Shown here piece after piece: positions 9,761 through 19,364 of a stretch of 54,380 bases of DNA (its first letter is position 1; each line of letters begins with the position of its first letter). The position numbers and the translations under genes are program-made. This DNA comes from an uncultured Candidatus Saccharibacteria bacterium (GTDB lineage Bacteria; Patescibacteriota; Minisyncoccia; Phycocordibacterales; UBA5272), in assembly GCA_964393005.1 (NCBI GenBank), contig CAYMRR010000001.1, positions 1-54,380 of the forward strand, given 5' to 3'. The notes beneath the pieces were generated by a model. The model made no database searches. It worked only from the letters and a program-made list of their open reading frames with translations, and was not told where the DNA came from.

Positions 9761-10147
9761 ATGTCTAGTATTTTTACTAAAATAATAAATAGAGAATTGC
9801 CAGCAGATATCTTTTATGAAGATGAAAAACATATTGCTATATTAGATATAAATCCTATTCGAGACGGCCATATTTTAGTGATTCCAAAAAAAGAAGTTGA
9901 TTATATCTTTGATATGGAAAATCAAGATTTTTTAGAGTTAATGGAGGTTAGTAAAAAAATAGCCAATCTTTTAACAGAAAAATTAAAAAATAAATTACAC
10001 TTTTCTAAAGTAGCTCTAATAGTAGAAGGTTTGCAAGTTCCACATGTTCATGTACATCTTTTACCACTTATAGACAATATAAGTTTAGCTGTCGAAAAAT
10101 TAAACAAATTTTCTTTGGAAGAGATAAAAAATATTTTACTAAAATAG
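9761..10147 (+). CDS. HIT (histidine triad) family protein
   Basis: Histidine triad HVHVHLLP, with the N-terminal IFYEDEKHIAILDINP pattern. Confidence 0.85.
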   Translation: MSSIFTKIINRELPADIFYEDEKHIAILDINPIRDGHILVIPKKEVDYIFDMENQDFLELMEVSKKIANLLTEKLKNKLHFSKVALIVEGLQVPHVHVHLLPLIDNISLAVEKLNKFSLEEIKNILLK

Positions 10148-10175
10148 TTATTATTAATTATTTAATATATTATTT

Positions 10176-11438
10176 ATGGAAGAAATTAAAAAAGAATTTC
10201 CAATTTTTGAAAATTATAAAAAAGAATTTGGGCAAGATTTGATTTATTTAGACTCGGCTGCTAGCTCACTTACCCCGCAAAGAGTGGTAGACAAAATGGT
10301 GGAATATTATTCTGATTATAGAAGCCATATAAATAAATCTACTTCTAGTATTTCTTTAAAAGCTACTAGAGAGTTTAATAATTCTAAATTAGCATTAGCT
10401 AAATATTTGAATACAGAAGAAGAAAATATTATTTGGACTAACGGGTCTACTGATGCTAGCAATCTTTTAATAGATTTACTTTTAGAAAATAATATAGAAA
10501 ATATTTCTTTAGAAGAGGGTGATGAAATTTTAACAACAATATTAGAGCATCATTCATCTTTACTTCCTCTTCAAAAATTAGCAAAAGCTAAAAAAATGGA
10601 ATTAGTTTTTTTAGAATTAGATTCTGATTTTAATTTAGAAATATCTAATTTAGAAAATCTTATTACAGAAAAGACTAAAATAGTCTCTATAACTTTTGCT
10701 TCAAATCTTACAGGCACATTGGTAAATATTGAAAAATTAGCAAAAAAAATAAAAGAATTAAATCAAAATATATTTTTTATTGTAGATGCTACTTCAGCTT
10801 TTGGACATATGGCTATAGATATGAACAAGTTAGGAAAATATATAGATGCTATGTATTTTTCATTACATAAAGCTTTTGGAGTGACTGGAGTAGGAGCTCT
10901 TTGGCTAAGGAGAGAAATCTCTAGACATATGAAGCCTGTAAAACTAGGTGGTGGTATAGTTTCTCATGTAGAGAGGAATAAGGCCGAGTTTCGAAGTGAT
11001 GTAAAAGCTTTTGAAGCTGGTACTGCAAATATGGCTGGGATAATAAGTGTTTTTAAAACTATAGAATTTTTAGAAGAAATAAAAGAAAACAGCTTAAAAC
11101 ATAGTCAAGAATTGGTAGAATATTTTTTAGAAAAAATAAAAGAATTAAATAATAAATATACAAATATTTTAGAAATCAAAACTTTTTCTGCTCCAGTAGA
11201 AAATAATATAGGTATAGTTTCTTTTTCTATTAAAATAAATAAAAAAGAATTAATGCTACAAGATATAGCTAAAGTATTTTCTCAAAATAATATAAATATA
11301 AGAGTAGGGCATCATTGCGCAGAACCTTTGGTAGAATATCTAGGCAGTAAAAATGGTTTTGCAAGAGTATCTTTTCATATATATAATACTAAAAATGATA
11401 TAGATATATTAGTAAAAACTATAGAAAAATTAATTTAA
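10176..11438 (+). CDS. class V aminotransferase / cysteine desulfurase (SufS/Csd-like)
   Basis: PLP-lysine context SLHKAFG, the GHHCAEP active-site Cys loop, and LDSAASS near the N-terminus. Confidence 0.85.
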   Translation: MEEIKKEFPIFENYKKEFGQDLIYLDSAASSLTPQRVVDKMVEYYSDYRSHINKSTSSISLKATREFNNSKLALAKYLNTEEENIIWTNGSTDASNLLIDLLLENNIENISLEEGDEILTTILEHHSSLLPLQKLAKAKKMELVFLELDSDFNLEISNLENLITEKTKIVSITFASNLTGTLVNIEKLAKKIKELNQNIFFIVDATSAFGHMAIDMNKLGKYIDAMYFSLHKAFGVTGVGALWLRREISRHMKPVKLGGGIVSHVERNKAEFRSDVKAFEAGTANMAGIISVFKTIEFLEEIKENSLKHSQELVEYFLEKIKELNNKYTNILEIKTFSAPVENNIGIVSFSIKINKKELMLQDIAKVFSQNNINIRVGHHCAEPLVEYLGSKNGFARVSFHIYNTKNDIDILVKTIEKLI

Positions 11439-11470
11439 AAATCACTCTTTCTAAAATGAAAGAGTGATTT
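11439..11470. terminator. intrinsic terminator shared by convergent genes
   Basis: 12-bp perfect stem AAATCACTCTTT / AAAGAGTGATTT with an 8-nt loop, flanked by A/T runs. Confidence 0.7.
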
Positions 11471-11495
11471 TATTAGGCAGATAGACAAGTAATAT

Positions 11496-12254
11496 CTATT
11501 TAAGTTTTAAGATTTTGTCTATTATAGTTTCAAATTGAGAAACTTCTCTTGCGCCAGATACTCTGCCTACTATTAATTGTTCTCCTTTTTCTTTATAAAG
11601 AATAATAGAGTGTGGTGTACCTTCTACTCCTACAAGAGAAGCTTCTTGAAGGGTAGACATAAGCTCTAAATCATAATTTCCTTCTGAATAGCAAGCTACA
11701 AACTCTTCTTCATCAAATACTTTTTGAGAAGTCTCTAATACAAGTTTAGCTATAGCTGGCAAATCGTCTAAGTTTAAGCCATTATTAGTCGGGCTTATTT
11801 CAAAAATTTTATCTATAAAATTGATATAAGGATTGTGTCCATACAAATCTCTTACACAATAAGCAGCACTTATCTCCAAAGCAGATTTTTCATGATAAGG
11901 AAGATGTTTATAAACTATACCAATTTTAGCTTTAGTAGTATCAGCAGAATCTAAAGAATATTTTTCTATAAGAGTGGAAAGTGCTTCTTGATGTAGCATT
12001 TTACAAAATGGACATTCTAAATCGGTATATACTACTAGAGTAATATCATTTTTAGTACTTCCTAAAATATATTCTTCATCTTTAAAATCTGCCCCTTGGA
12101 AGATTTTATCTTGAGAAGCTAAAGAGTCTAGTATGCTACTAGAGCCACGAGTAGAACCTTTTCCTACCAATCCATACCCTATAATACCTAAAGCTATTAA
12201 TAGAGCTCCTAGCACAATAGCTGAAGCTATTTGGTTTTTAAATAAATCTTTCAT
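11496..12254 (-). CDS. DsbA-like thioredoxin-fold oxidoreductase, membrane-anchored
   Basis: CPFC active-site motif and an N-terminal TM helix (IASAIVLGALLIALGIIGYGLV). Confidence 0.75.
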   Translation of the reverse strand: MKDLFKNQIASAIVLGALLIALGIIGYGLVGKGSTRGSSSILDSLASQDKIFQGADFKDEEYILGSTKNDITLVVYTDLECPFCKMLHQEALSTLIEKYSLDSADTTKAKIGIVYKHLPYHEKSALEISAAYCVRDLYGHNPYINFIDKIFEISPTNNGLNLDDLPAIAKLVLETSQKVFDEEEFVACYSEGNYDLELMSTLQEASLVGVEGTPHSIILYKEKGEQLIVGRVSGAREVSQFETIIDKILKLK

Positions 12255-12355
12255 AATATATATTAAATAATTTTGTTAATTTAATATTAATTATAGCATA
12301 AAGAAATAGGGGACAGTATTTAAAATGTGATAATATTTAAAATATAAATCATATT

Positions 12356-12685
12356 ATGCTTAGTTTTTTATTAAATTTTATATCTGTATTGCTAGCAATA
12401 AAAATTACAGGTATAGCTTATGATAGCAAAAGTTGGCTACCTTTATTATTTTTTACTTTACTTTTAATTTTGGTAAATTCTGTCATCAAACCTATTATTA
12501 AATTTTTTACTTGGCCTATTAATTTTCTCACTTTAGGGTTATTTCACTTTATATTAAATATTTTATTTATAATGTTCATTTTTTATCTTACTCCAGGGTT
12601 TATAGCAGTATCTTTTTTGCAGGCAGTTATTTTTGGTTTTGTGCTTTCTATTACAAATTGGATTTTATTTAAGTTTAAAATTTAA
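12356..12685 (+). CDS. small 4-TM membrane protein, phage-holin-family-4-like (YvlD type)
   Basis: 109 aa and entirely hydrophobic. The IKPIIKFFTWPINFLTLGLFHFILN pattern is as I recall it for PF04020-type proteins. Confidence 0.55.
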   Translation: MLSFLLNFISVLLAIKITGIAYDSKSWLPLLFFTLLLILVNSVIKPIIKFFTWPINFLTLGLFHFILNILFIMFIFYLTPGFIAVSFLQAVIFGFVLSITNWILFKFKI

Positions 12686-12775
12686 ATAAAAAAGTATTTT
12701 ATTATTTTTATAATAAAATACTTACTTCTTATCCTTTTTAGCTCTAATAATTATAAATTAGCGATATATATTCCT
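12686..12775 (-). ncRNA. candidate orphan short transcript, cassette D
   Basis: On the minus strand: TTGACA (comp 12805-12810), a 17-nt spacer ending TGC, and TATGAT (comp 12782-12787). Then ATAATTAGGAATATATATCGCTAATTT..., ending at the 12692-12723 hairpin, whose T-run is on the minus-strand side. Confidence 0.3.
12692..12723. terminator. 14-bp perfect AT-rich hairpin
   Basis: AAGTATTTTATTAT-TTTT-ATAATAAAATACTT. The T-run (TTTTATTT) follows on the minus strand. An A-run precedes it on the plus strand. Confidence 0.6.
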
Positions 12776-12859
12776 AATTATATCATAGCATAACTATATA
12801 CCCTTGTCAAGCTAAAAAATCTTAACTAATTTTTATCTCTAGTGTATAATTGATTTACT

Positions 12860-15376
12860 ATGAAAAAACTAAATTATAAAGAAATAGAAAAAAAGTGGCA
12901 AAAATATTGGGAAGAAAAAGAAATAGATAAAGTTTCAAACAACTTTGATGATAAAAAACCTAAATTTTATATTTTAGATATGTTTCCTTATCCTTCGGGA
13001 GAAGGTCTTCATGTGGGCCATCCAAAAGGATATATAGCCACAGATATATATTCTCGAATGAAAAAAATGCAAGGATATAATGTGCTTCATCCTATGGGCT
13101 GGGATGCTTTTGGCCTTCCGGCAGAACAGTTTGCTATTAAAAATAAAATCAATCCAAAAATAGCTACAGCAAATAATGTAGCAAGATATAAAGAGCAAAT
13201 AAAAATGCTTGGACTAAATTATGATTGGGAAAGAGAAATAAATACTACAGATCCAAATTATTATAAATGGACACAATGGATGTTTAAGCAAATGTATAAA
13301 GATGGACTAGCTTATGAATCTTTTGAACCTATTAATTGGTGTCCTAGCTGTAAAACAGGTCTTGCTAATGAAGATTTGGAAGGAAATAAATGTGAAAGAT
13401 GTGGCACTCAAGTAGAAAAGAAATCGATAAGGCAATGGGTAATAAAAATAACCCATTATGCAGATAGACTTTTGGAAGATCTTGATAGTTTGGATTGGGA
13501 GCCACATATAAAAGAGCTTCAAAGAAATTGGATAGGTAAAAGTGTGGGAAGTGAAATTGATTTTGAAATATTAGAAGCGAAAGAAAATAATTTAAAAGAA
13601 AATAAATTAAAAATATTTACCACTAGAGCAGATACTCTTTATGGTTCAACTTTTATGGCTATATCTTATACCTTAGCTAAAAAGTGGATAGAAGAAGGTT
13701 GGCAAGCAAGCAAGGAAATAGAAAGCTTTATAGATAGATTAGAAAAAGAAGAAAAAGAAAGAGATATAGATTTTGATATGTCTAAGTTAGAAAAAGAAGG
13801 AATAGATACAAAAATTAGAGCAATCAATCCAGTAAATGGGGTAGAGATTCCTATTTATATTGCAAATTATATACTAAGTGATTATGGTACAGGAGCTATT
13901 ATGGCAGTACCTGCTCATGATGAAAGAGATTATGAATTTGCTAAAAAATATGGTTTAGAAATAATAGAAGTTGTTAAAAGTAAAGATGAAAAAATAACAG
14001 AAGAAAAAATAAGTTTATATGAAGGAGAAGGTATACTGACTAATTCTAAAGAATTTAACGATATAGATAGTAAAGAGGCTAGAATAAAAATCACTGAAAA
14101 GGTGGGAGGCAAAATAGTATCTAAATACAAATTAAAAGATTGGGTATTTGCAAGACAAAGATATTGGGGAGAACCATTTCCAATAGTTTTTGCTGAAGAT
14201 GAAAATGGTAATAGAAAAAGCTATGCTGTAGCTAATAAAGAATTGCCAGTTGTTTTGCCAGATGTAGAAAATTATGAACCTACAGATACAGGAGAATCTC
14301 CACTTGCTAATATAAAAGATTGGGTAGAAGTTTATGGATTTATAAATGAAGATGGAGAATTTGAAAGTTTAGAAAAGAGTGATCCTAAAGCAAAACTATT
14401 TTTTAGAGAAACCAATACAATGCCTCAATGGGCAGGAAGCTCTTGGTATTATTTAAGATATATTGATCCTAAAAATGACAAAGAATTTATAAATAAAGAA
14501 TTAGATAAAAAATGGAGCCCGGTCGACTTTTATGTAGGTGGAGCTGAACATGCGACAAGACATTTAATCTATGCAAGATTTTGGCATAAATATTTATTTG
14601 ATAAAGGATATTTGAGCTATAACGAACCTTTTAAAAAACTTCAAACAGTAGGACTTATTATGGCAGAAGACGGAAAGAAGATGAGTAAAAGATATAATAA
14701 TGTAGTAAATCCAGATGATATAGTTAGAGAATACGGGGCTGATGCTATGAGGACTTACGAAATGTTTATGGGTCCATTTGATAAATCTGTTTCTTGGAAT
14801 ACTAATAGCATATCTGGAGTAGCTAAATTTTTAGAAAGAGTTTATTCTTTATCTTTTAAAGTAAAAGATAAACTAGTAAGCCGAAAAGAAGAATCTAGAG
14901 AATTAGAAAGAGTCATTAATGAGACTATTAAGAAAGTTTCATTAGATATAGAAGAGTTTAAATTTAACACAGCTATAGCTCAATTAATGATTTGCTTAAA
15001 TTTTTTTGAAGAAGAGATAAAAAAAGATAACCTTCCTTCGAGAGAAACTTTTAAAAAATTTATTCAAATTATTTCTCCTTTTGCTATTCATATAGGGGAA
15101 GAGATTTGGCAAAACATTTTAGAAGAAAAAGAAAGCATTCATCTTTCCTCTTGGCCAAATTTTGAAGAAGATAAAATTAAGAAAGAAGAGGTTGAAATGA
15201 GTATACAAATTTCTGGAAAATTTAGAGGAACTTTTCAGATAAAAGTAGACTTATCTGACGATGAAGTAGCATCTCTTGTAAGAGAGACAGATATCTATAA
15301 AAAATATATAGAAGAAAAAACTGAAATTAAAAAAATAATAGTAGTTAAAAATAGGCTTATAAATATAGTTATTTAA
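12860..15376 (+). CDS. leuS: leucine--tRNA ligase
   Basis: HIGH-type HVGHP, KMSKS-type KMSKR, a CP1 editing region and a zinc-type CPSC...CERCG. Confidence 0.97.
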   Translation: MKKLNYKEIEKKWQKYWEEKEIDKVSNNFDDKKPKFYILDMFPYPSGEGLHVGHPKGYIATDIYSRMKKMQGYNVLHPMGWDAFGLPAEQFAIKNKINPKIATANNVARYKEQIKMLGLNYDWEREINTTDPNYYKWTQWMFKQMYKDGLAYESFEPINWCPSCKTGLANEDLEGNKCERCGTQVEKKSIRQWVIKITHYADRLLEDLDSLDWEPHIKELQRNWIGKSVGSEIDFEILEAKENNLKENKLKIFTTRADTLYGSTFMAISYTLAKKWIEEGWQASKEIESFIDRLEKEEKERDIDFDMSKLEKEGIDTKIRAINPVNGVEIPIYIANYILSDYGTGAIMAVPAHDERDYEFAKKYGLEIIEVVKSKDEKITEEKISLYEGEGILTNSKEFNDIDSKEARIKITEKVGGKIVSKYKLKDWVFARQRYWGEPFPIVFAEDENGNRKSYAVANKELPVVLPDVENYEPTDTGESPLANIKDWVEVYGFINEDGEFESLEKSDPKAKLFFRETNTMPQWAGSSWYYLRYIDPKNDKEFINKELDKKWSPVDFYVGGAEHATRHLIYARFWHKYLFDKGYLSYNEPFKKLQTVGLIMAEDGKKMSKRYNNVVNPDDIVREYGADAMRTYEMFMGPFDKSVSWNTNSISGVAKFLERVYSLSFKVKDKLVSRKEESRELERVINETIKKVSLDIEEFKFNTAIAQLMICLNFFEEEIKKDNLPSRETFKKFIQIISPFAIHIGEEIWQNILEEKESIHLSSWPNFEEDKIKKEEVEMSIQISGKFRGTFQIKVDLSDDEVASLVRETDIYKKYIEEKTEIKKIIVVKNRLINIVI

Positions 15377-15482
15377 AAGCTTCGCACCTTTTTTGACTTT
15401 TTTGTCAAGTTGTAGTAATATAGAAATATAAATATATAAGTTAATAGCGTTTTTATTTTATAATTATTTAGATTAATACATT

Positions 15483-16535
15483 ATGGTAGAAGATACAACA
15501 AAACTTTCGTTTAAACCAAGACAAATTTCTAAGAAATTATTGTCTTCTCTTAACCCTCGTATGAAGGATATTATTTCTAGTCGTTATGGACTTGAAAATG
15601 AAAAGAGAATGACATTAGAAGCTATAGGTAAAACCTATGATATAACCAGAGAAAGAGTTAGACAAATAGAAAATTTTGCTTTAGCTGCAATTAAAAAAAG
15701 TCCAGAATTTAGAGAAAATTCTTTTGTCTTTGAAGAATTAAAAGATGTAATAAAAGCTTTGGGAGCTGTGGTAAGTGAAGACAAATTAATGAATTATCTT
15801 TCTAAAGATAAAGTTTTACAAAATCATATTAATTTATATTTAGTTATTGGAGGCTATTTTACCAAAGGAAAAGAAACTGATAGTTTTTATTCTTATTGGA
15901 GCGTAGACGACAATCTTTGTGATCATGTAAAAGGATGTTTGTTAAAACTTCATACTTCTGTAGATGATGAAGAACTTTTACAAGAGGGTGAAGTTTTAGA
16001 AAGATTTGTTTCTAATTTGGATCAGTTGGTAGATGAATATAAAAATGATAGAGAGATTATAAATAAATATTTATCTATTTCTAAAGTTATAGGAAAAAAT
16101 GATTTAGGAGAATGGGGAAAAGTTACCTCTCCTCATATTAAAGCTAGAGGTGTAAAAGATTATGCTTATCTCGTAGTTAGAAAAAAAGGAAAACCTATGC
16201 ATTTTAGAGAAGTGGCTGAAGACATTACTCGTATTTTTAAGAAAAAAACAAATGTTGCTACATGTCATAATGAATTAATAAAAGACAAAAGATTTGTATT
16301 GGTAGGTAGAGGAATGTATGGTCTTAAAGAATGGGGACATGCCGCTGGTATCGTAAGAGATGTAATAGTAGAAATACTTAAAAAAGCAAATGGTGGCCCT
16401 ATGTCTAGAGAAGATATAGTGAGAAAAGTATTAGAAAAAAGAATGGTAAAAGCTAATACTGTAGTTATCAATTTGCAAAATGCTAAATATTTTAAAAAAG
16501 ATAAAGACGGAAGATATTCTTTAGTTAATAACTAA
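15483..16535 (+). CDS. sigma-70 region-4-like HTH fused to a HARE-HTH-like domain (no sigma region 2)
   Basis: The N-terminal RYGLENEKRMTLEAIGKTYDITRERVRQIENFALAAIKK is a textbook sigma region 4.2. The C-terminal part (KPMHFREVAEDI...FVLVGRGMYGLKEWG) looks like the HARE-HTH of RNAP delta. Confidence 0.7.
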   Translation: MVEDTTKLSFKPRQISKKLLSSLNPRMKDIISSRYGLENEKRMTLEAIGKTYDITRERVRQIENFALAAIKKSPEFRENSFVFEELKDVIKALGAVVSEDKLMNYLSKDKVLQNHINLYLVIGGYFTKGKETDSFYSYWSVDDNLCDHVKGCLLKLHTSVDDEELLQEGEVLERFVSNLDQLVDEYKNDREIINKYLSISKVIGKNDLGEWGKVTSPHIKARGVKDYAYLVVRKKGKPMHFREVAEDITRIFKKKTNVATCHNELIKDKRFVLVGRGMYGLKEWGHAAGIVRDVIVEILKKANGGPMSREDIVRKVLEKRMVKANTVVINLQNAKYFKKDKDGRYSLVNN

Positions 16536-16550
16536 TCTAGATTTTTATCA

Positions 16551-16582
16551 AAAAAAAACACCCTTTAAGAGGGTGTTTTTTG
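16551..16582 (+). terminator. intrinsic terminator
   Basis: A-run, then ACACCCT-TTAAG-AGGGTGT, then TTTTT. Confidence 0.75.
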
Positions 16583-16605
16583 TGATATACTTTTAAGTAT
16601 AAGAT

Positions 16606-18132
16606 ATGAATCTTCAATTACTTGTAGATATTGGTTTATTTTTAATCTATATTGCATTATTTACTCTTCTTTTAGCTTGGGCTTGGAAGTTTTGGATGTT
16701 GTATATTAATACAGAATATCAAAAAAAATTAAAATACTCTTTACTAGAAATAAAACTCCCTAGAGAAATAAATAAAAGTCCTGAAGCTACTGAAATATTT
16801 TTAAGATCCGTTTACGATGGAGGTGGGCTAGGTACTTGGTATAAGGAAAATTGGCAAGGGCGTATTCCATCTGTAGCATCATTAGAAATAGCTTCGCTGG
16901 AAGGGGTTATTCATTTTTTCATAAGAGCAGAATCAAAATTTAAACCAAGAATAGAGGCTGCTATATATTCTCAATATCCAAATGTAGAAATAGTAGAATG
17001 GGTAGAAGATTATACAAAAAAATTTCCTAAAATAGTCCATAATGGAAAAGAAGGGTATGGATTTTGGGGATCTGAATGGGTATTATCTAAAAAAGGAGGA
17101 GCTGAAATTGGAGACAAAGAAGCTAATAAGATTAATACTCTAGAATATACAGGAGACATGTATCCTATAAAAACATATAAAGATTGGGGATTAGATAGAG
17201 ATCCTAGAGAAGAACATAAACATGATCCTCTTACTTATGTTTTAGAGACTATGGGATCTATAGGTAAAGGTGAATATTTTGGATATCAAATCTTAATAAG
17301 AGATGCTGGAAAGTGGAATGATATTTATACTCTTAAAAAAAATAAAAAAGAAGAATCTAAACAAAAGCTTTCTGATTTGGTCAAATTTGAAATAGAAAAG
17401 TATAGAAAAAAATGGTCATTAAAAAAGAAAGGAGATACTGAAGAAGATGAATGGGGAAATCTGAAAGGTAAAACTATTAAAAAAGAAGATGGTTCTGAAG
17501 AGTTTAAAGAATATTCATATGCTCATGATATTCTTACTTCTAGCTCTATAAACCCTGCTGACATGGATTTAGATGCAAAAAAGAATTTGGATTTAATACA
17601 AAGAAAAATGGGTAAGCCACAAGTAATAGCTATCTTTAGGACTATCTATGTAGCTGAAACAGGAAAAGAATTAGGTACCAGAATTCCTATGCTTATGAAT
17701 ATTGTAAGACCTTTTAATGAGGATGCTTTCAATACTTTTAGACCAGATAATTTACCTGACCCATTTGATTATCCTTGGCAAGATACTATGGGAAAATTGG
17801 TACCCTGGAGAAAAGAATCTCTTTTTGGGGCTTATGTAGGGAGAGGAGGTTTCTTTTCTTTTGTTGGAGGTATGAAAAAAAGTACAAAAGATTTTTTGGA
17901 TATAACTCTGTATAGATATCCTAGTTATGTAAAAAAAATATATTCTACTTTTCATAATGTTATTAAACATCCTTTTAAACCTACAAAAAATTATAATAAC
18001 GGAATGGTTTTGAATCTTGAAGAGTTGGCTACTTTATATCATTTTCCTGGAGAAGTTGCTTCCACACCTACAATACCTCGTATAGATTCTACAAAATCTT
18101 CTTCACCTTCAAATCTACCTATAGAAAGATAG
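16606..18132 (+). CDS. hypothetical protein, N-terminal membrane anchor, 508 aa
   Basis: Long ORF in host composition with an N-terminal hydrophobic segment (aa 4-33). I recognise no catalytic or NTP-binding motif. Confidence 0.65.
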   Translation: MNLQLLVDIGLFLIYIALFTLLLAWAWKFWMLYINTEYQKKLKYSLLEIKLPREINKSPEATEIFLRSVYDGGGLGTWYKENWQGRIPSVASLEIASLEGVIHFFIRAESKFKPRIEAAIYSQYPNVEIVEWVEDYTKKFPKIVHNGKEGYGFWGSEWVLSKKGGAEIGDKEANKINTLEYTGDMYPIKTYKDWGLDRDPREEHKHDPLTYVLETMGSIGKGEYFGYQILIRDAGKWNDIYTLKKNKKEESKQKLSDLVKFEIEKYRKKWSLKKKGDTEEDEWGNLKGKTIKKEDGSEEFKEYSYAHDILTSSSINPADMDLDAKKNLDLIQRKMGKPQVIAIFRTIYVAETGKELGTRIPMLMNIVRPFNEDAFNTFRPDNLPDPFDYPWQDTMGKLVPWRKESLFGAYVGRGGFFSFVGGMKKSTKDFLDITLYRYPSYVKKIYSTFHNVIKHPFKPTKNYNNGMVLNLEELATLYHFPGEVASTPTIPRIDSTKSSSPSNLPIER

Positions 18133-18192
18133 ATTTATACAGATTTTAACAAGATTCTTTTTATATGGTATATTGATTTTTAATAGACTAAT

Positions 18193-19314
18193 ATGGCTTC
18201 AGACGATTTTAAAAATTTATTTATATTAAAAACATTAGGAGAAAAAAAGGAAAATAATTTCTTAACTTTTTTCTTAAAAAATAAGTGGAAGTTTTTGATA
18301 ATTATTCTTACAATACTAATTTTTGTATTTATTTTTAATATTTACTTTACTAAGATTAATTTGAATAGCTATAATACCAAACAAAATCTTTTCCAAGTTA
18401 ATAATGGGGAGAGTATAGCTTATATAAGCCAAAGATTAGAAAATGACAAAGTAATAAGTTCTGCCTTAGCTTTTAAAATATATGTTAAGCTTTTTTCTAA
18501 TAAAGAGATAGCTCAAGCTGGTATTTATAAATTAGAAAAACAAGATACATTAATATCTTTAGCTAGAAAAATTCTTAAAGGAAAATATGCTATTCCTCCA
18601 GTAAAAATAACCATTCCCGAAGGAAGTGATAGTCATAAAATTGCCGGTATTATAAGTAAAGCATTTCTTTCTTTAGAAAATGAATCTATTTTACTAGATG
18701 ATTTTAGTGAAGAAAATATTTATTCTAAAATAGAATCTAAAATAGGATACCTTTTTCCAGAGACTTATCTCTTTTTGCCTAATGTTTATTTAGATGAGGT
18801 TATTACTCAAATGGAAGAACATTTTTACTTCAGACTTTATAGTTTTTTAGAGGAAGAAAAAAATGAACTTAATATTTATTCTTTAGATATGAAAGAGTTT
18901 AATTTGGAAGATTATTTTAACTCAGAAGAAAAAGAAATAGATATTACTAAAAGATTAACTATTATTAGTGAAATAGGTACTACTACTGTCTCTTTAAAAG
19001 ATATTATTACAATGGCTAGTTATTTGGAGGGAGAGGCAAACAATGAGCAGGATATGAAATTGGTATCTGGGGCACTTTGGGCCAGATATAGAATAAATTA
19101 TCCTCTTCAGATTGATGCAGCTACTAGTACATATAGAGAGAAAGGGTTTACTAAAACACCTATTAATAATCCAGGATTAATAGCCATAAGAGCTGCTATC
19201 ACTCCAATAAATAAAGGTTATATATATTATATAACAGGAAATGATGGACAAAACTATTATGCTGAAGATTATGATAAGCATTTGGATAATATAGAAAGAT
19301 ATTTAAGAAATTAG
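18193..19314 (+). CDS. mltG: endolytic murein transglycosylase (YceG family)
   Basis: N-terminal TM, a LysM-like start, the ASYLEGEA catalytic Glu context, PLQIDA and the NNPGLIAIRAAITP signature. Confidence 0.8.
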   Translation: MASDDFKNLFILKTLGEKKENNFLTFFLKNKWKFLIIILTILIFVFIFNIYFTKINLNSYNTKQNLFQVNNGESIAYISQRLENDKVISSALAFKIYVKLFSNKEIAQAGIYKLEKQDTLISLARKILKGKYAIPPVKITIPEGSDSHKIAGIISKAFLSLENESILLDDFSEENIYSKIESKIGYLFPETYLFLPNVYLDEVITQMEEHFYFRLYSFLEEEKNELNIYSLDMKEFNLEDYFNSEEKEIDITKRLTIISEIGTTTVSLKDIITMASYLEGEANNEQDMKLVSGALWARYRINYPLQIDAATSTYREKGFTKTPINNPGLIAIRAAITPINKGYIYYITGNDGQNYYAEDYDKHLDNIERYLRN

Positions 19315-19364
19315 TCTTTTTATAAGATTTTTATCTGTGTTATAATTTTATAGAATTTTAATAT

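Noticed and set aside
12686-12859. T-box or other leader upstream of leuS
   Set aside because: There is no T-box sequence and no specifier-loop architecture. The leuS promoter sits only about 10 nt from the ATG, so there is no room for a riboswitch leader.
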